DNA from: the human T2T-CHM13v2.0 reference genome, Homo sapiens
Reading direction: 5' to 3' (one strand)
NCBI RefSeq assembly: GCF_009914755.1
Contig: NC_060935.1
Length of the DNA stretch: 64,000 nucleotides
The position numbers and the translations under genes are program-made. The notes under the pieces are model-generated. The model ran no database searches. It worked only from the letters and a program-made list of their open reading frames with translations, and was not told the DNA's origin. Shown here piece after piece: positions 56,840 through 64,000 of the stretch; the stretch's first letter is position 1; each line of letters begins with the position of its first letter.

Positions 56840-57575
56840 ATGTCTATATACTGATGATAGCTTCCATTTACCCAGATGCTCAGGCCAGAAATTGGGATAT
56901 TATCTTTAACTCCTCTCTTTTTCAGCCTTCAAATCCATGCATTCGAAATGCCAAGTCAGGTCTACTTTGAAACTCCTCTTCTTTTAATTCCCACCGACAT
57001 TAAATGAGTTCAAGCCACCGTCAACTCTTATGTGGATGAATGCATTCCCTTTTCACTGCTTTTCCTGCCTCTGGCTTTGTTCCTCTCCAGTGTATTCACC
57101 TCACAGTAAACAAGATTGCCTTCAAAACTCCAAATCTATATTGACTTTTCTTTCTCATTGATATAAAGTCAAATTCTTCAGGTGTCATGAAAGGCTATCC
57201 ATGAACATTTATGCCTCACTCACCAGCTTCTCAACCATCCCTATTCCTTTGAATGTCAATCATTCTGAGTTACCTGGTAACTTATGCTTGTTCTTGCCTC
57301 TATACTTGGTGAAACCTCTCTCCAATTTTGATGAGGCTTATTCCCCATTCTGGTTTAGTTTGAAAGTTTTTCTTGGTCTCCTGAGACCGACTGAGGCACT
57401 TTTCGTCTGTGCCCATTTATTGTGCTGTTGTCATTCCTTTCATAGGATTTGCCACACAGTGATGAAATTGCTTGCTTACTTTGCTTTTTTAACCGCTAGC
57501 TTACAAATATATCTTCTGTGCTTAACACAGTGCTTGGCATGTAGTCAATGTTCAGCATTATTTGTTGAATGAGTA
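56840..57575 (+). mobile_element. L2 fragment with 3' end
   Basis: cccagatgctcaggccagaaattggg...acacagtgcttggcatgtagt...tatttgttgaatgagt. Confidence 0.7.
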
Positions 57576-58190
57576 AGTTCTTGACTGCAATGAAAGTGTA
57601 TTTACACAGATTAAGATGATATGGGATAGGATATGTCTTCATATTACATCTACTTGGAAGTTACTTTTGGAAGTCCACAGATCTCTCAAGACAATCAAGG
57701 AGCTTTAGAATATGTAACTGCATGATTTTAAGTAAAGCATTTCCTTATTTTGAAGCACAACACATCTACTATGTATTGATCAAGAATGCAATTCCATTAT
57801 AGGAGAGAGTGCATGTGTTCATATGAATAGGAAACAAGGTTTATTTAAAGTATTGGCTGTTACTTTCAGGAGGTGTGAGGCAAACACAATTCTAACCTCC
57901 TTAAATGCAATTAAATAGTGAGGGGAAATCATTGATTAAGATTGCACTTCCACTTGGCCTCTTCCACCTGAAAAGTGCTACTTGTTGGATGTGTGACAGC
58001 ACCAGAAAATGCAGAAGAACAAATGAATAAGCATAATACACATTTAGACCTAATACTATGAAATTTTAAACTGACTTCATTTAAAGTTAGGTGTGTAACT
58101 TTAAAAGTAAACGTTTTAATTTATATATTTTACTGAATAGTAGATATTTGATAATAGTAATATACCAATATTTTTCTCTAGCCACTTGCA

Positions 58191-58452
58191 TTTTTTTAAA
58201 AAACAGAGGCAGGATCTCACTCTATCTCCCAGACTGGAGTGCAGCGTTGCAATCATAGCTCACTGCAGCTTTGAACTCCTAGGCTCAAGTGATCCTCCTG
58301 CCGCAGCCTCCCAAGTAGCTGTGAATACAGGTGCTGCAACTACATCTGGCTAATTTTAAAAATGTGTTTAGAGAAAGGATCTCACTATGTTACCCAGGCT
58401 GGTATCAAACTCCTGGCCTCAAGAGGTCCTCCCACTTCAGCCTGGGATTACA
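58191..58452 (-). mobile_element. AluJ (Jo/Jr-like), 5' end degenerate
   Basis: atcatagctcactgcagc..gaactcctaggctcaagtgatcctcc...tctcactatgttacccaggctgg. Confidence 0.88.
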
Positions 58453-58817
58453 TTGCATTTGTGTATTAATATTTTTCCTAGTTGTTGAAGAGAAGCTATC
58501 TCTATCTACACTTTCAATGATAAACCATAATGTTTTATTAATTAAATATAAAATAAAGCAGCTGAAAACAGAAATAAATTCCCAAGTCATTGTGATGATT
58601 CTGGACCAATAATACTAGAAAACACAATGGTAAATATAAGTGTATGAAATTTTAAACACACACATATACATATCTATATAATTAGAAAACCAAATAAAAT
58701 AAAATAATAATAATAGGCATAATGAAAAACCAAAGAATAGGAAATATCTACAACCAATGGTACCTAGATGGGAAAGGGCATGAAAAGACATTTATATAAT
58801 AAAAAGATAAAAAATAA

Positions 58818-59238
<421 letters not shown>

Positions 59239-60344
59239 AGAAGATAAATTACTTGTCCAGTGTCAACTTGCTAGAAAAGTGATGAAATCTAGATTGAACT
59301 TAGGCATGGATTCTTTTTCACATATAATTATGTATTTAAAGTAAGAAAAATCAACCTATACTAATGTCAAGATGCAATAAGCACAAAACTTATGAGCAAC
59401 CAGTTAAATAGTGACTTGTTATTGTTGCTTTAGAGTACAGTTAGATAATAAAACAAAAACGAGTTCATTCTATCTTCTGATTCATATGGTCATTCCTTAT
59501 CATTTTATTCCAAATAAATAATTCAAAAACTTAAAAGATTTGTGTGAAGACATTATAACATATGTGAAAAGCAGAACTGAGTATAGCAGGGGTGGGTACT
59601 TGCAGTAAACTCTGAAAAATAATGTAGCCTTACCAATTGTAGTCCAGGGGAAATGTTAAATAGGTTGGAGACATCAATGTAAGGAAATTTATGTAGCCAT
59701 AAAAACGATAGAATTCAAAACTAAAAACCAATAAAGAAAAGTGTTCATGAAATCACATTAGGTGAAGTACAAAATACAATTTTTTAAATACACTCTTATT
59801 ACAACTATGTTAAAGCTATATAAGCCAACAAATAAATATTGGAAGTAAACAGGAAGACAGTAGTTATTCCACAATGGAGGTAAAATTATGGATTTTTTTA
59901 AATTCACTTTTTAATGTTTTAAGTTTTGTTAAAAATGACTTTTTGATACACTTTTACATAGAAAAGAGTTAAGACTATGATTTTATTTTTAATTTGCTAA
60001 ACTGTCAAACCTATGACCTTGTACCCTTTCTGCATTAGACACCAAAGCCTAATGGGATAAATAATTAATAGGCAGGTTCTTATAAATTTTTATAGACTTA
60101 ACCTATGTCATCTAACCTTTTAGCCACAGTACATTCAAGTGCTGGAAATGAGTTTCTTTGTTGAAAAGAAATACTAGTTTTTAACTGCTTTTGCAAAAAT
60201 GTACATACAAGCAAATAGGAGGACTTAAAAATCTATTGATATTCTAGCATTATACAAATATCTTATATCTATAATTCATTATTCCTCTATGTCTATAAAT
60301 ATACTGAATGCTTATTCAATACAAATTAACATGTATAGGCTTTC

Positions 60345-60850
60345 TTTCTTCATTCAATGAGGGCCTACAAGGTACAAAGTTCTGTAGCAGCCACTAAAGA
60401 AATGGCCCATTCTCCCATGCTGCTTGTATTAGTCAACTTAAAACATCATTATTACTTAATTTCAGTTGTGGGAAGTGCTAAGAAGAAGTATAGGTTTTAT
60501 GAGTACTTTTTAAAAGGGTGTCCAATTTAGAAATCAGGAAAGGCATTCTAGAGATAGTGACTTTGATGTGAGTTCTGAAAGATGGCTAAGAATTGACTAG
60601 ATAAGGAGGTAGTGGTTAAGTACATGAGAGCATTACAAACTGAGGGAGTTAGATATGCAAAGGCCCTATAGAAAGAAAACTGGCCAGTGTGGTTATAGTC
60701 CACAGAGAAAAGAGAATGGTCAGAGAAATAGACATCTGGACCAGAAGACTAAGCTCTTGGTGGACCTAGCCAAGGAGCTCATTCTTCATCTTAATAAAAA
60801 TAGAGGCTTTTGAAAGGTTGCAAAAAATGGACAAATTTGCATTTTTAAAA
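60345..60850 (-). mobile_element. L2 fragment
   Basis: ttcattcaatgagggcctac...atcaggaaaggcattctagagatagtgactttg...atgcaaaggccct..ggccagtgtggt. Confidence 0.65.
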
Positions 60851-60919
60851 GAAAGACATGAGTGGGTGTCAGGAATTTCTTAAGTAGAACTCCTAAGAAA
60901 GATGTGAAAATACCTTTTA

Positions 60920-62400
60920 CAATTAAAACACAAAAATTAAACATTCTAGAATAAACTTAAAAAGAAATGTGTAAGATTTCTATAAGAAAAATTTTAAAAC
61001 ATCCCCAAAAGATGCAAAAGTAGACTCGAATAAGTGAGAAGACATCCCCTTTCTTGTATTACATTATTCAACATTATAGCAATGTTTCTCCCATGTTAGT
61101 TTATGAATTTAACTCACTCCTTATAAAAACATCATCAGACTTTTTATGTAGTAAGACAAGTTGATAATAAAAGTTCATATGGAAAAACAAACATGCAAGA
61201 AGAGGTAGTAAAACACTGGAGAAGAAAACCCATAAGAGAACACTGCTTCTACCAGATATAAAAGTGCACTTCAAAGTTTCTATAATTAAAATAATGTGGT
61301 AACGGCACAATAATAGACAACAAAGTCAGTGGAATAGAACAGAAAGCTCAGATATAGATTCAAATACACATATAAATTTATTATATGATACAGGTAACAC
61401 ATTTGGGGCATCACTGGGCAAAGAGAGACTTTTTAATTAATGTTTGTGGGACAACTGGTTTACCATTTGGAAAAAAAATAAAATCAGTTGCATACCTCAT
61501 ACTATACACCAGAATAAATTCTAAATAGACCAGGAATCTAAATGTAAAAAAGAAAATTCAAACAAACAAGAAACTGAAGAAAGCAGAGGTGAATTCCTCT
61601 TTAATTTCATTATACAGTAGTGAAATATTTTGTACTTCTCAAAATCCAGAGGAGATAAAACAAGAATAAACCAACTACAAATTTAAAAACAAAAAACTAA
61701 AACAACACCATAAATAAAATCGCAGACAATTGATAAACTGGGAGAAAATGTTTGCAATGTGTAACACAAAGGAGTAATCTCCCCAGTACATAAAGAACAC
61801 ATAAAATTGAAGGAAAAAGGATCAATACCCCAATGGAAAAACAAGAGAAAGACCTGAACTGACGAGAGAGAGAGAGAGAGAGCTTACTCGAGTACATCCG
61901 GTCCCCCAAAAAGTTCAAATACAAACACAATTAGAGAAATAGTACAAATTAAAACAAGGGCAGTTCCCACCTATTACATGGGTAAACATTAAAAAGTATG
62001 ACAACACACCCTCTTGGTGGGACTACGGGGAAACAGGGACTGTCACACATTGTTAGAGGCAATGCCAACTTGCACACCTTTTTGGAGAGGAATTTAACAA
62101 TGTTTAATAAAACTGCATGTACATTTACCTTTCTATCTAGCAATGACACTTTTAGGAATTTACCCTGAATATACATTGCTAATACACATGCATGAGGTTA
62201 TTCATTGCAGCACTGTTTGTAATTGCAAAATATTGGAAATGAAGTAAATGCTCATACATAGGAGAGTGATTGAACAGAATTTCGTACATCCACACAGTGC
62301 AGTACTAAGAAACTAGAACAGAATGAGGAAAACCTCTATAAACTAATACAGAGTAATATCCAAGATATTTAACTTAAGGAAAAAAAGCCAAGTGTAATGC
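60920..62400 (+). mobile_element. Old L1M (L1MC/MD/ME-type) ORF2 3' part and 3'UTR
   Basis: taattaaaataatgtggtaacggcac...gtggaatagaacagaaagc...gggacaactggtttaccatttgg...ttcattgcagcactgtttgtaattgcaaaa. Confidence 0.8.
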
Positions 62401-62509
62401 ATGTCAATTGTGGGGCCTTGCCAACATGAAGGGGATGGAAACTGCCCTCAAGGCAATGCTGTGCTGAGGGGCTGGAGGAGTGGCGAAGGGGGATGGGATG
62501 TGAGGCTTC

Positions 62510-64000
62510 TTTCTGTGTGCAGCCTGTGCATGTCTTGCTGCTGCTTTGCAGAAATGCTTCAATTACTTGCAGTCCTTTGCCAGATAAGGCAGGTGTCCAG
62601 TGCCCTGGTTCCTCATCTCAACTGGGCTTATGCCAATGATATAAAATTTGGTGCAGTTCCCTGAGCCTTAATGCTTCAAGTGTAGATTTTGTAGCTGTTA
62701 CTAAGGGATGAAAGGAGCAGAGTGATTACTGAATAGAGTTGAAGAAGTTCCAAAGTAATAGAAGATGGTGTGATCATTGGAAAGTCAATTGACTTAAAGG
62801 ATAAATATAAAAATATTGAGGCTAAACTTGTTCAAGATGTTGCCAATAATATAAAGGAAGAGGCCAGGGATGCACCATCACTGCCACTGTACTGTTGCCA
62901 ATCCAGGGGAAATCAAGAGAGGTGTGATGTTAGCCCTAGATGCTGTAATTGTTCAACTTAAGAAGCAGTCTGAACCTGTAACACCCTCTGAAAGACATGT
63001 CTCAGGTTTCTACGATTTCTGCAAATTGAGACAACGATATTGGCAACATCATTTCTGATGCAATAAAAAAGTTTGGAAGTAAAAGCGTCATCACATAAAA
63101 GGATGGAAAAACACTGAAAGATGAATTGGGAATTACTGAAGGCCTTAAGTTTGATCAAGGTTCTATTTTCCCATGCTTTATATACGTCAAAAGGTCAGAG
63201 ATGTGAATTCCAGGATACCTATATTCTATTTAACAAAAAGAAAATTTGTAGCATCCAGTTCGTTGTACTTGCCCTTGCAATTGCTGATGCTCACAGAAAG
63301 CCCTTGGTAATAATTACTGAAGATGATTATGGAGAAGCTCTAAGTACATTCATTTTGAATAGGCTGAAAGTTTGTCTTCAGATTATAGCAGTCAGAACCC
63401 CTGGCTTTGATGACAATAGAAAGAACCAGCTTAATGATATAGCTATTGCTACTGGTGGTTAAATATATGAAAGAGGCTAACAATAAATCTTCAGGATGTT
63501 CATCCTCATGACTTAGAAAAAGTTGGAGAGGTCATTCTGACTAAAGATGATGCCATACTCTTCAAAGGAAAAGGCAACAAGTCTTAAATTGAAAAATATA
63601 TTCAGGAAGTAATTGAACAGTTAAATACCACAATTCATAAAAAGGAAAGCCAAAATGAGCATCTGGGGAAACTTTTAGATGGAATACCTGTACTGAAAGT
63701 TCATGGGACAGGTAATGTTAAAATGAATAAAAAGAAAGAGTTACAGGTACCTTTAATGCCAAATGAGCTGCTGTTGAAGAAGGCATTGTTCTAAGAGAGA
63801 GTTGCGCTCAAATTCAGTGTGTCCCATCCTTAGACTCACTAGCTTCAGCTAATGAAGATCGGTAAGTTGATGTAGACATTATTAAAAGAACACTCTGAAT
63901 TCTTGCAATGATAAATTTTAAGAATGCAGGTGTTGAAAGATCATTAATAGTTTAAAAATGCAGAATTCCTCAGAAGTTGATTATGAGGCTATGTTTGGAG
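62510..64000 (+). pseudogene. HSPD1: HSPD1 (HSP60/chaperonin 60) processed pseudogene; disabled and continuing past the window end
   Basis: ATG at 62554 gives MLQLLAVLCQIRQVSSALVPHLNWAYANDIKFGA (HSPD1: [34 protein letters not shown]). Further matches: [80 protein letters not shown]. No introns; in-frame TGA at 62662, frameshifts and deletions. Confidence 0.96.

Noticed and set aside
62401-63462. Functional HSP60 gene
   Set aside because: Premature stop at 62662, several frameshifts and deletions (including loss of the SIAKEGFEKISKG-coding segment), and no introns.

Overview
This is AT-rich, CpG-poor primate (human-like) genomic DNA, either intronic or intergenic, and it is dominated by interspersed repeats. 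These include Alu J/S/Y elements and a FAM monomer, L1 fragments of many ages, L2, MIR, ERVL/MaLR LTRs, and hAT-Charlie, Tigger and mariner MITEs. I found no intact protein-coding gene, RNA gene or CRISPR array. The ORF track mostly reflects repeat-derived or chance frames, plus fragments of an old, intronless, disabled HSPD1 (HSP60) processed pseudogene at about 62.5-64.0 kb that runs off the right edge. The two most notable signals are a near-perfect REST/NRSF RE1 silencer at 29522-29542, which suggests a neuronal host gene, and a ~180-bp inverted repeat pair at 53.46-54.22 kb whose arms share private changes and flanking DNA. There are also several non-canonical insertion or repair scars: an AluJ split by a tailless L1, a twin-primed L1, an Alu stub with a deletion, template-switch hairpins and a one-ended HERV-L. 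I see no evidence for a novel multi-gene system. Repeat subfamily calls are by eye from remembered consensus sequences, and boundaries of old repeats are approximate.
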